This document shows, in pieces, positions 12,111 through 24,605 of a stretch of 64,000 nt of DNA (within the stretch, counting starts at the first letter, position 1; each line of letters begins with the position of its first letter). The stretch lies in assembly GCA_030390025.1 (NCBI GenBank), contig CM059449.1:15128001-15192000 (forward strand). The letters run 5' to 3'. Below the pieces are notes generated by a model that did not search any database, was not told the origin of the DNA, and saw only the letters and a list, made by a program, of their open reading frames with translations. The position numbers were made by a program, and so were the translations under genes. The DNA is from Squalus acanthias. Taxonomy: Eukaryota.

Positions 12111-14654
12111 GGTCGTCCTACCGCAGCATTACAGTCTCTTGGGTCAGATAACTCTTAAAAGTACACGTTGTTTAAAAAAAGGTTGGGCTAGAATAAGTAG
12201 CAAAAAGCTGATCATGTCGATCCCGTCGAAAGCGCTCTGAAAGTGAAAGGCATGCTGTTGCATTTACACAACTGGGCTCAGCACCATTCCGTGACATGTG
12301 GCCAACACATGTTCATATTTCAGACAATTGCCAGGCACTATTCATTTAAATCAAACCCGAGTACTATCGCCGGTTCTCATTTACAAACTCTGCGCCCTTT
12401 AACTTCAGTCTAATATGTTTGTCATTTTTTAAACAGGTGCAAGATGAGTTTCAATCCCCCGGGTGCGTAAACACCCACTGAAATTAGTGAAGGATGAAAC
12501 TGAACTGTGAGGCGTTATTCCTTTGTTTCAATGTACCGCTTGTGTAATGTTAAAGTAGTGCTTCTTTCTTATATATTCTTAAAATATGACGTTTCCGACT
12601 ACAATTGGAAAACGTGCTTAGTGAACAGAGTTCCTCTGTGCTTTGTTGAACCACCAGAGGGGTTCGTCATATAAGTCTGCGTCTGTTGTGGGATGTTTGT
12701 TACACTTAACAACACATTGGGACGCTGCCGGTCAGAAGTTAGCTCGTAGTGTCCTGCGGAGCAAGAGTCAAAATGCAAACTATTCACATGTGGCTGTTCT
12801 TGAATTTACTGACAATACTTTTGTATATCGGGGAGCCGCTGTCTTCTGATGTTCACATTTTAATTTTTTTAATTTGCTTCTGGGATCGGGGCGTCGCTGG
12901 CAAGGCCAGCATTTATTGCCCATCCCTAGTTGCCCTTGATAAGGTGGTTGTGAGCCACCTTCTTGAACCGCTGCAGTCCGTGTAGTGAAGGTACTCCCAC
13001 AGTGGGCTGTTGGGTAGGGGGTTCCAGGATTTTGACCCAGCGACGATGAAGCATCGGCGATATACTTCCAAGCCAGGATGGTGTGTGACTTGGAGGGGAA
13101 CTTGGAGGTGGTGGTGTTCCCATGTGCCTGCTGCCCTTTTCCTTCTTGGTGGCAGAGGTTGCGGGTTTGGGAGGTGCTGCTGAAGAACACTTGGAGAGTT
13201 GCTGCAGTGCATCTTGTAGACGGTACACACTGCAGCCATGGTACGCTGGTGGTGGAGGGAATGAATGTTTAAGGTGGTGGATGGGGTGCCAATCAAGCGG
13301 GCTGCTTTGTCCTGGATTGTGTCGAGCTTCTTGAGTGTTGTTGAAGCTCCACTCATCCAGGCAAGTGGAAAGTATTCCATCACACTCCTTACTTGTGCCT
13401 TGTAGATGGTGGAAATTCTACATTTATTAAGGCGTACGATTATTTGGTAGGGCAGGTTGTTTCCTTATGCAGAACTAATATATAACGAAGTTACAGTGTG
13501 TAAAAAAAATGTTTTATTTTATTATGCTGTGTTACTTTGCGTTGAACCCACCATTTCAACGGTATAAGCATTTTATCTTTCGGGGAGCTTTATATATATG
13601 TTATACACATTAACGTTCTCCTCCATGCAGGTGTTGTGAATTGGCATTATAAAATTAACATAATTAATGGAGCCTACTAAAATCTACTTGTGGAAATAAA
13701 TGAATTCACGGGCTCCTAACCGACTGTGTTACACATGGAATTATCTGACATATTATACCTTCTACTCGACAATTCAACGTCGATGCGTTCGACACAATTT
13801 ATTCCATTAGCAAAAAGTTGATATTCAACACGTTTCCAAAAGTTCCCATACTTACACTTGACATAATAGAAAGGACAGATTTCCTTCTTAAATGATTAAA
13901 GATGACAGAAGTGAAATCTGTCCCAAGTAGGATGGTGAAATAGAAATGAGTTGGGAAGTGGTGATTATATAATGTTAATACAGTTTTACAAAGAAAACAA
14001 ACTGCGTGAAAACACAACAGATCCGCCTTTATAAAGTGACAATTGCCTATAATTTTTGCACTATAAAGGTTCTGAATATATACAGCTGTTCAATCTGATT
14101 ATGGACTGCAATTTCCCAAAGTTGCGTTGAGAAACGGGAAAAGGACCCAATGTAATGACAGCTGAATACCGGTTTGTAGCTCAATGATTGATGGATCAAT
14201 CAGCATTTTAAATTCTTCATAATAGCTTGTAAATTGTGGGACACATGAGATCATTATGTTAAAAAAAACCCGTAGCTGTTTGACAGATCAATGCTTCTTT
14301 CTCCAGAAACACACATGTTGTATCTTGAATCTATTTGTACTGCCCACTCCCACGGCCGTCTCCAGTAACTTGTTCCACAAATCTCTTACTCTATAGGCGA
14401 ACAGTTTCCGCCTGACTTCCCTTCTTGCAGCTAACTAGTTACCGTCTGAAGTGTGACCCTTGGAAATTAGATCCTTCCCCACAGTGACCGATCTATCTGG
14501 GCTCAATTCATAATAATTGTACAACGTTAATTGACAGGTTGCGGTATTTCATGGACGGATACATTGATCCTAATTTATTCTAACAATAAAGGATACACAG
14601 TAACATCAATTAGTGATAGTGGAAGATACTTTAATTTGAGCTTCGCCCCTCGTG

Positions 14655-15420
14655 GCAGATGAAATTTAACGCAGGAAAGTGCGAAGTGTTACATTTAGGG
14701 AGGAAGGACGAGGAGAGGCAAAATAAACTAAAAGGTACGATCCTAAAGTGGGTGCCTGAACAGAGAGACTTGGGGGTGTATGTGCACAAATAGTTGAAGG
14801 TTGAGATACTGGTTAACAAAGCATACGGGATACTGGGGTTTATAAATAGAGGCATAGAATACAAAACCAAGTCAGTTATGATGAACCTTTATAAAACACT
14901 GGTTCGGCCTCAAATGGAGTATTGTTTCAAATTCTGGGCACAGCATTTTAGGAAGAATGTGAAGGCCTTAGAGAGGGTGCAGGAAAGATTTACAAGAATT
15001 GTTCCAGGGATGAGGAACTTCAGTTATGTGAATAGACTGGAGAATCCGGGGTTGTTATCCTTAGAGCAGAGAAGATTGACAGGAGTTTAGATAGAGGTGT
15101 TCAAAATCATGAGGGGTCTGGACAGAGTCATTGGCGGAAGGGTCCAGAACCAGAGGACACAGATTTAAAGTGACTGGCAAAAGAACCAAAAGCGACGCAG
15201 CGAGTGGTTAGTACCTGGAATGCACTGCCTGAAAGATTGGCGGAGGCAGACTCAATCGTAGTTTTCAAAAGGGAATTGGATAAGTACGTTAAGGGAAAAA
15301 ATGCAGGGTTAAGCGGAAAGGGCGGGGGAGTGAACTAGCTGAAGTGCCCTTGCAGAGAGCCAGCATTGTCTCGACGGGCCGAATGGCCTCCTTCTGTGCT
15401 CTAACGATTCTATGATTCTA
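14655..15420 (+). mobile_element. CR1 LINE 3' fragment (paralog at ~37828-38632)
   Basis: ORF 14794-15090 is the CR1 C-terminus; attctatg tail lies just upstream of the V exon. Confidence 0.82.
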
Positions 15421-15481
15421 TGCTGGTCTGTAATTCTGTAGGTAACTATTAACAGGTGAAATTGTTCCATTTATACTCTAG

Positions 15482-15819
15482 ACAATGGGTTGTCGAGTGA
15501 GATCAGAGTGTTCCAGTCCCCAGATGCCATTAATGTAACAGAAGGAGGATCGGTGCAGCTGAACTGCACTTTTGAAGCGAATGGTTCTGTTGGACATGTT
15601 GTTTGGAGGCGGGCCTCACAAAACATGGAAGTGTCGGTTCGGAATCCTTTTTATCAGAGCCGGATAACGAAGTCAGGGACGAAATTATTTGCCGAAAAAT
15701 GGTTTTCCTTGAAATCATCAATTTACTGACAATGAACTCAGATTTTTACTACTGCGAGGTGGAAATTGCGGCGGTTGGGAAAGCAAGCGGGACAGGAACC
15801 CAACTTATAATAACTGACA
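15482..15819 (+). pseudogene. B1 frameshifted VJ-type Ig domain exon
   Basis: ORFs 15490-15729 and 15603-15827 together give the B2-like domain IRVFQSPDAINVTEGGSVQLNC...FYYCEVEIAAVGKASGTGTQLII. Confidence 0.88.
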
Positions 15820-17146
15820 GTGAGTAGAAAAGATCAGAGTTCGTTTTAAGAATTTACCAATATTTTGACATTGGTAGGGCTGTACATGTGCAACGCTAAG
15901 AGATTTCAGTTCGGTTGCCGGATTGTGTCCGTGTGTCAATCTCACTTTCAAAGTACATCGGGAACAATTGTTCGATAATTAATATCCTGAAAGTGCCATA
16001 TATGTGATTTAAATCTGGCTATTCAAGGCGCGGTGCTTTAGGAATAGGATTACACGAGCTTCAAGCTACTCCCCCACCCCACCACCCCACAACCACCTGA
16101 AGGTGAGTGTTATCTCAAAATAATACGTGGCATTATCGCTTGATTTTCTTGCTTGGCACCTTACATATCTCTGTTAGGGCAGCTATGTTCCTCCTTTTTT
16201 ACAAAGCTAATGAGTTCGACCTTTTCTGTATTTTTGTTTCTCTCGTAACCTAGCACTAGAACACGAGGGAACAGGCTAGCGTTCACTCCACCTCCGGGAT
16301 ACATGTCTCCCTTGAGCCTGAGTGACCAGAAATAAACACAATACTCAAGATGCCATCTGACCAGAGTACTGTACGGTTGGATCCCCACACCATTTAAAAG
16401 GAAACATGCCTTCTATATGTTTTATTCCTTTCTGGGATGTGGACGTCGCCCAGCATCTATTGCCCATCCCTAGTTGCCCCTGAGAAGGTGGTGGTCAGCC
16501 ACCTACTTGAACCGCTGCAGTCCGTGCGGTGAAGGTACTCCCACAATGCTGTCAGGGAGGGAGTTCCAGGATTTTGACCCAGCGACGATGAACGTACGGC
16601 CGATATATTTCCAAGTCAGGATGGTGTGTGACTTGGAGGGCAAATTGAAGGTGGTGCTGTTCCCATGCGCCTGCTGCCTTTTTCCTTCTAGGTGGTAGAG
16701 GTCGTGGATTTAGGAGGTGCTGCCGAAGAAGCCTTGGCAAGTTTAATGAAATAGGCTTTAGTTAGAATTTACTGTTTTCGATATAAGCCTTTATTTTAAA
16801 CAGGTTAGCGCCTTGGTTAAAATGAAGGGCATGTGGAACGCTAGTATTGTAACAAATAATTATAGTTTTTTTCACTTTCCACGGGGATGCAGTACCTCAG
16901 ATTATATATAAAATTAGGAAACGGCTTTTCTTTAACGGATAGAAAGCCATTGGAATGATTTTGAGTTTTCATAACCTATAACTGAGCAATCCAAATGTAA
17001 TTACTAAATTGCGAACTAGTGACCTTCGTTATGTCTATTTCTGATTTACATTGATGGGGGGTGAAATCGGACACGGGTGGATCGCGGATCACATTGGATC
17101 GCCTGTTTGCACTCCGCCAAGTATTGAGTGCAATTGCCTTAATAAT

Positions 17147-17910
17147 GGCCCAGAAATTGGAGTTCGATGGTTGCCACGGGGGTAAGGATCCCCCGCGATA
17201 TCGCACTCCGTGCCTACCTTTATGGTTTTGGCCCACACGAACTTCAGTTCCTGGGCCTCTCCCTGGTGCCGGCGCGCAGTGTGTGCGTGTCCCAGAGGCG
17301 CAGTTAGTTCGATGCTACCTCTGGGATCACGTGGGCCAGTTAGAACCAGTGGCAGCACACCATCTTTCATTCATAGTTTTGACAGCAAGATCTGTCAAAA
17401 CTATGAATATAACAAGCCCCCAAAAGAACAGCTAAACCTCAATTAAATTTTAAAAAAGCCATCACATTAATAAAATAACTATAGTTAAATAAATTAACCA
17501 CTTTAAACAAAAATTTAAATTTTTGAAAAAATTTAAATTATTTTTAAATGTTATAAAAATAAACTTACCTTTCTTTAAAGTCTCTAAAAAAGATAAACCT
17601 GTTGAAATTTTTTTTAAAATAATACTTAATTAACTACTTACCTTTTTAAAAGGGGGTCTTACGCCTGCTTTCTTTATGTGTAAAATCTTCAACACTTACC
17701 TGCGCGTTCAAACCTGAAAAAAAACTAAGTGCGCTGCGTGCGCACAACCTGTAGCGTGCACGCGGTTCACTTAGGAACCGCCCCCTTTGCAATACCCGAA
17801 GTGCTAGTTTCCCGCGCATGCGCAGTGCATGCAGAAAACCGGCACTTCGGGACCTTATACGCGAGAGTACACAGTGCGTAATCTCCCGTATTAGGTCTAA
17901 TTTTCGGGAC
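17147..17910. mobile_element. Non-autonomous TIR DNA transposon, 764 bp
   Basis: Ends GGCCCAGAAATT / AATTTTCGGGAC, flanked by AT...AT; absent at the paralogous site ~40350. Confidence 0.8.
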
Positions 17911-18683
17911 ATAAAACTGAATATTGGGCGCACTAAACCGAAATACTGCAGATGCTGGAAATCTAATATAAGAAACAGAAAATGCTGGAAATACTCAGCA
18001 GTTCGGGCAGTATCTGTGGAGAGAGAAACAAAGTTAACGTTTCAGGTTTCTAACAGAATGGCATCGACCCGAAACGTAAACTCTGTTTCTCTCTCGCCCT
18101 GCAGATGCTGCCTGACCTGCTGCGTGTTTCTTGCATTTTCTGCGTTTTATACTGAATATTGGGCGAGTTGTATCGCGGTCGGCCAATATGATTCTGTCTG
18201 CCTTGCGAGCCTGTCCATGTCCAATTTCACCCCTATAAGAACACAAAAGCAAAATAATGCGGAAGGTGGGAATCTGAATTAAAAACAGAAATGCTGGAAA
18301 TGCTCAGCATGTCAGGCAGCATCTGTGGAGAGAGAAACAGAGTTAACGTTTCAGTTCGATGACCCTTCGTCAGAACTGGAAAAAGTTGGAGATGGAACAG
18401 GTTTTTAAGCAAGTGTAGGGGCCTGGAAAGGGGGAGGGGAGGAAAGAACAAAGGGGAAGGTCTGTGACAGGATGGAAGGCAGGAGAGATTAAGAGACAAA
18501 AGGGATGATGGTGCAAGGCAAAATGAGATGGTAATGGGACAAGTTAAGAAACAAAAGATGACTCTAGATGAAGTGTAAATGGCAATGGCAGAATGATCGA
18601 CCACCCCACCATTTTCTTGCATTATCTTTCACTTTAACCAAGGGCCACCATACTGACTATATTATTGTTTCTGTTTCTAACAG

Positions 18684-18805
18684 GAGCTGGAGTCGAGCCT
18701 ATCTGCCATTTCCCCACGCTCAGCGTTGGATTACAAGTGACAAAAACGGTGCTGCTGATCATTCTCATAATCACAGGCCTGACGACGTACCTCTGTCCCA
18801 CGTAG
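18684..18805 (+). pseudogene. B1 stalk/TM exon (Lys-containing TM)
   Basis: tttctaacag| acceptor; encodes RAGVEPICHFPTLSVGLQVTKTVLLIILIITGLTTYLCPT*; identical in sequence to the B2 TM exon. Confidence 0.8.
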
Positions 18806-20374
18806 GGAAAAATAGACTTTGATTTATAACAAGATACATCTGCAAACGCTGTTGGAAAAGATGTAAATTTTATCAGGAAGTTCTTTAAGATGCCCGTGTT
18901 CGAAATCTTTTTGTTACAGCATTGCATGGATGTGGATTAAAGCATGGGCGAGGATAGATATAGTTCTTATTCCACAATATTTCAATTAAAGTTACTGCAC
19001 CGTCAGCATAATAACTAACAGCTGCCATTCTGTTTGAGAGACGTGTTTATTTTTAAAAAAATGACAAATCCATAGATTTTTCTGACTGTCATGGTCGGTA
19101 TAAAATGTCCAGTTTATGCAGGATCTTTCTCGATACTTGCTTGCAATGCCTTTAACTGAATGCTGCACACGATCTATTCAAAATGCATGGATGCTTACGA
19201 TGTGCTTTTTTATTGGCCCCTTTATGCGAGACTTTCTAATATAATGTGACGTATCTACAACCTGTTTGAAAGGGCTCTTGGAATTTTTTCCCCGATTAAA
19301 GCGAACGCTTTCTTTCTCGTGTTCAATCCAAATTGGTCTTTACTTGCTGGGATCAGTAGAAGTCCCATCCTCAGCTTGTCAGCAACAACTTTTATGCACC
19401 CCAGTGTGTCCTGTAGGGGATTATAGGACTAGGCGTCATAATTTAAAAATTAGAGCCAGACCTTTCGGGAGTGAAATTAGGAAACACTTCTATACACAAA
19501 GGGTGGTACAAGTTTGGAACTCTCTTCTACAAACGGCAATTGATACCAGATCAATTGTTAATTTTAAATCCGAGATTGATAGATTTCTGTTAACTAAAGG
19601 TACTAAGGGATATTGGGTCAAAGGTTGGGAAAAGCGAGAGTGGCCGGAGAGAGAGAGAGCGAGAGAGCGGGAAAAAGTGAGGCTGTGATTGGAGAATCAG
19701 CGAGTACCAGGGGAGGTTGTGTGTGAAACTCAACAGCACGTGACCAGAAGGGGAGGAGCCTGGAAAAGGCCGCAGTGCCCCGGGAAAGACCGGCTTTAGA
19801 AAGTTAGAGTGCTGCAAATTCATCAGCCGAGGTTTGGGGAAGGAGTTGGGGTGGGGGGCACTCGGGAAAATCCCCCATTAGCCAGTCGACCTCTGAGGGG
19901 AAGCTTGCGGGCCGGATGAAACTGGTGGACAGGGGAATGTGGGACTATAAATATACAGGAATACCACCAACAGCAATTTCCAGGCCGATAGTGACCGTAA
20001 TATACCTGATGGCACTGCTTCTGATCTATGATGTGCAGCTACATCTGGAGTCAGGTTGAGCAGCTAATAGTATCCCTTTCATTAAATTATTCACATATAC
20101 AGATAGGCACAACCACGATGGGCCGAACGCCCTCCCTCTGTGCTATATCAGTGAATAGGAGGAACTAATGGAATGATGGACGTGTTGATGTCCAGATGTC
20201 CAACTCAGTTCCTGGCAGGCGTTGTGCAGGACAGGGGCAATGAGAACAAGAGCAGCCTTTGGAATAAAACGTTGAAATCCGCTCTCATTTCCTTGGCCCA
20301 GGGCTGAAACCAGTCACAGATGAAAAACAGCTCTTTCTACTGGCTTTGAGGGTCCCCTGAAAAATGCTGAATAT

Positions 20375-21775
20375 AATAAGAAATAGGAGCAGGAGTAGGA
20401 CATTTGTACTTCGAACCTGATCCGCCATTCAATAAGATCATGGCTGATCTTCCACCTCATCTCCACTTTCCTGCACTATCCGCATATCCCTTGATTCCTT
20501 TAATATTCAAAAATCTATCGATCTCTGTCTTGAATATACTCAAAGATTGAGCCTCGATAGCCCTCTGGGGTAGAGAATTCCAAAGATTGACCACACTCTG
20601 AGTGAAGAAATTTCTCCTCATCTCAGTCCTAAATAGCCAACGCCTTATTCTGAGACTCTTACTCCTGGTTCCAGACTCCCCCTCCAGCGGAAACAGCCTC
20701 CCTGCATCTAACCAGTCAATTCCTGTAAGAATGTTGTATGTTTCAATGAGATCACCTCTCATTCTTCTAAACTCGAGAGAATATAGGTCTAGTCTACTCA
20801 ATCTCTCCTCATAGGACAATCCCCCCCATCCCCGGAACCAGTCTGGTGAACCTTAATTGCACTCCCTCTATGGCCAGTATATCCTTCCTTAGGTTAGGAG
20901 ACCAAACTGTACACAAATGGCCCAGAAATTGGAGTTCGATGGTTGCCGCGGGGGTAAGGATCCCCCGCGATATCGCACTCCGCGCCTACCTTTATGGTTT
21001 TGGTCCACACGAACTTCAGTTCCTGGGCCTCTCCCTGGTGCCAGCGCGCAGTGTGTGCGTGTCCCAGAGGCGCAGTTAGTTCGATGCTACCTCTGGGATC
21101 ACGTGGGCCAGTTAGAGCCAATGGCAGCACACCATCTTTCATTTATAGTTTTGACAGCAAGAGCTGTCAAAACTATGAATACAACAAGCCCCCGAAAGAA
21201 CAGCTAAACCTCAATTAAATTTAAAAAAAGCCATCACATTAATAAAATAACTATAGTTAAATAAATTAACCACTTTAAACAAAAATTTTAATTTTTGAAA
21301 AAATTTAAATTCTTTTTAAAAGTTATAAAAATAAACTTACCTTTCCTTAAAGTCTCTAAAAAAAATAAACCTGTTGAATTTTTTTTTAAATAATACTTAA
21401 TTAACTACTTACCTTGTTAAAAGGGGGTCTTACGCTTGCTTTCTTTATGTATAAAATCTTCAATACTTACCTGCGCGTTCAAACCTGAAAAAAAAACTAA
21501 GTGTGCTGTGTGCGCGCAACCTGTAGCGCGCACGCGGTTCGCTTAGGAACTGCCCCCTTTGCAATACCCTAAGTGCCGGTTTCCCGCGCATGCGCAGTGC
21601 ATGCAGGAAACCGGCACTTCGGGACCGAATACGCGAGAGTACACAGTGCGTAATCTCCCGTATTAGGTCTAATTTTCGGGCCAATACTCCAGGTGTGGTC
21701 TCACCAGGGCCCTATATAATTGCAGTAAGACATCTTTACCCTTATACTCAAATCCTCTTGTAATAAAGGCCAACA
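20375..21775 (-). mobile_element. CR1 LINE 3' fragment interrupted by a TIR element (uninterrupted paralogs at ~43700-44335 and ~56725-57357)
   Basis: ORF 20457-20819; the LINE sequence resumes after 21682. Confidence 0.82.
20919..21682. mobile_element. Non-autonomous TIR DNA transposon, 764 bp, nested in a CR1 fragment
   Basis: Ends GGCCCAGAAATT / AATTTTCGGGCC, flanked by AAT...AAT; near-identical to 17147-17910. Confidence 0.85.
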
Positions 21776-22909
21776 CTCTATTCCCAGTTACTAACGGATG
21801 TGGTTCCACAGCACAAATCTTCACCACTGATTATCAGATAAGTGGAAATCTCAACCAATCGGTAAAACCCTTACTTCTGGGGCAGAAGTTTGCGGCCCAA
21901 GGCCCACTCCAGGAGTTGAGCACATAAAGTAGGCGAATGTCCACTGCAACACTGAGGGAGTCTGGGAGTTAAGCCTGGGAGGAGCAAAAGGGAACGTTTG
22001 GCTGGGAACTTGGCACTGCAGTAACGCTGGATTCTCCTTTTATCAAAATCCATGACGTGCCCCGGCAATGCTGAACGCCGAGACAGTGAAGAGAAAAAAT
22101 CTACCCGCATCTGTCGGAAAGTAGTTTGGTGTGCCAAGCTTTGAGATGTCCCGCCAACTAATCATTTCTCGGGGAGGTGGGTCTGCCGATCTCCTGCTGT
22201 GACATCTCTGGAAGTTCGGCAGAACCCCGCTTTAGCTATTACGCGCTTCTCTGAGTTCCGCCGATCTTCCGCCGACGTTGCCGCAGGAGAGCCGGAGAAC
22301 CCCGCAGAAGTTAATTCCCCCCACCTTGAGTTTAACATAAAACATTCATTTTAATAAAAGGTACAATGGAAAATCAACAGAGCAACCTGACATGGGTCAA
22401 CTGAGAAGGACTTTTATTATGAAAATATGAAATACTTTACAGGATTATGATGAAATGTAAGGAGTTATGTGATGAAACTAGGCTGAGTGAACAGTAACGA
22501 GTATGAATGCTCAACATGTTGGTTTTCATTTTAACAGCGGCATGAACCAGTTTATTTTCTAGGATAGCACGCCCCTAAACATAGGGGACTAATACATGTC
22601 ATACAAATGTGATAACTGTTCACAACTAACACTAAAGAGTCTAATGTTAAAGCATTGGCGATTCCAAGCCCTTGTTAGTGAATTATGTGTGGATAAACCT
22701 CACTCAGTAAGTTAGAGGACAAAACATTCGCCTGGAAATTCCCATGGAGAGTTCACCGATCATCCGCCGTTGAAGATCCCACAGAACCCCCGAGCTTCGG
22801 CCCAAGTTACGGCGGAAGATCGGGACAACTCTGCGGAAATTTCACCAGTTGTCCATCGAGGGTGGGGGCAGGTGCGTCTCATCATTGGGGTGAAATATAT
22901 CGGTTAAGC

Positions 22910-23017
22910 TTACTTCACCGAAGCGTACAGCACCGCTTCTCGCTTCACAGGGCGCTCAGTTTGATTGCTGTCCTGAAGATTCAGCGTGGCGTATTGCAAC
23001 TTGTCATCTCCCTCTCT
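22910..23017 (-). CDS. NCR3-like: A1 last exon with two ITIMs
   Basis: caatag| phase 0; encodes REGDDKLQYATLNLQDSNQTERPVKREAVLYASVK*; LQYATL and VLYASV match the ITIM consensus (I/V/L/S)xYxx(L/V). Confidence 0.88.
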   Translation of the reverse strand, partial: REGDDKLQYATLNLQDSNQTERPVKREAVLYASVK

Positions 23018-24564
23018 CTATTGAGATGAAAGTGTTTCAGTGTTGAATAAAATATTGTAAACTGAATATAGCGTAGGGCCTCAAACCCAGCGCACCAGAT
23101 GTTGTGCAGTTTCAATGGAATATAATTCAGCCCAGTAAACATTCTACATATAATTAGGATATGACTCCACCTATCAAATATTGTTTCATTAAATAGGATA
23201 GATCGCGCCGTCCTAAATATTCCTGTCCTTTTGAAGATATTTCAGCGAGTCAACGATTGCACGATTTAAGTAACAAGCAAGGGAAACAGTCGACGTAATT
23301 AACACTTCATTATAATGTTAAATCCATGCATTTAGAACAATTCACACTTCGTGAATTCAGGAGCAGTGGTTCTGTCAACATTTGGGAAAGACAGAGTAAC
23401 ATTTGGGAATAACTGTTCAGGAGCACCTTCCGTTCGAAGGCAAAGAGCCAGATCACCGGTTACCCTGTGTTTTCTCCTCCAGGTGCTGACTGACCTACTT
23501 TACATATCCAGCACTTTCTGTTACGGCTTCAGATTTCCTCATTATCTCAACTTATCAAAGTAGGTGTATTTTTGCATGTGTGCGTGTGTATGCCTGGGTG
23601 CCCGTATTTGGGGTCCATTTTAATGTTCCTGGGTGTATCTCCCTGCTTTTTTTATTCGTTCATGGGATGTTGGCGTCGGTGGCAAGGCCGGCATTTATTG
23701 CCCATCCCCAGTTGCCCTTGAGAAGGTGGTGGTGAGCCGCCTACTTGAACCGCAGCAATCAAGGTACTCCCACATTGTTTTTCGTAGCGGCTTTTTACAA
23801 CTGAGTGTCCATTTTAGAGGAGAGTTAAGTGTCAACCACATTGCTCTGGGTCTGGAGTCACATATAGGACAGACCAGGTAAGGACGGCAGATTTCCTTCC
23901 CTAAGGGATATTAGTGAACTAGATGGGTTTTTACAACAATCCGATAGTTTCATGTCACAATTACTGATACTAACTTTTTATTCCAGATTTATTCAATTCA
24001 ATTTAAATTCCCCAATTGCTGTGGTGTGGTTTTGAACTCATGTCGACACGGATCATTAGCCCAGTTCTTCGATGGATTACTAGTCCAGCAACATAACCAC
24101 TTTGCTACCGTTCCCTATATATGTTTGTGCATGCACCTGGTTATTTGTGTGTGGCTATTTGTATTTGCGAGTGTCTGTGTGAGTGTGTCTTTCTGTCTGT
24201 GCATTTGATTGAATTCTGGGACTGTTGTGTTTCATTTCATGCCTTTCCTGGTTTGCTTTCTGTTGAATTATAACTAATACTTTAGTCCCCGTCTCTATTG
24301 AATTTCGATTTTTAACTTGCCGCGCCTGTGCGTAAAACTGGCGTTTGGGATGGGCCACACCTGTGCTTTACGCCTGTGTGGCAAGTTGAGAATCTACCCC
24401 ACATCTTCAAGAAGAAAAGTTGAGGCCGTACAACCTCGTTTCATCTTTAGATTTTTACAACCAACTGAGAGAACATTTTACATTATAATGTACCTGGAAA
24501 AGTAAACAAAAGGTCAATAGGTTTAAAAATAACATAAAATAGCCCAAGTAATTTTGCTACATAC

Positions 24565-24605
24565 CCGATTTGTTCTTCCGCACTTAGAGCTGTCAAAATT
24601 CCTCT
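24565..24605 (-). CDS. NCR3-like: A1 cytoplasmic exon 3
   Basis: Strong polypyrimidine tract, tatag| ... |gtatgt; 41 nt, phase 1->0; encodes ERNFDSSKCGRTNR; exactly bridges the phases of the flanking exons and is open in all three copies. Confidence 0.75.

Larger units (their letters stand above)
12773..18805 (+). pseudogene. NCR3-like: B1: activating-type NCR3-like receptor pseudogene (leader 12773-12830, V 15482-15819, TM 18684-18805)
   Basis: Paralog of B2. The leader donor is GG (gggagc at 12831) instead of GT. The V exon is 338 nt versus 339 in B2 because of a 1-nt deletion at ~15697 (gaaaaatgg vs gaaagaatgg). The conserved D of DxxxYxC is changed to N. Confidence 0.85.

Noticed and set aside
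14479-14520. CACAGTG heptamer (also at ~37655) as an RSS
   Set aside because: No nonamer at 12/23 spacing and it is intronic, far from a coding end
23095-23145. Extra minus-strand exon containing LNYIPL
   Set aside because: Joining it in that frame creates a stop at the next exon, and the gene model closes in phase without it
24450-24505. Conserved exon-like segment (FLHPTERTFYMIIYLEK ORFs in four copies)
   Set aside because: Conservation is explained by the duplication; splice sites and frames are not consistently preserved and do not fit either gene
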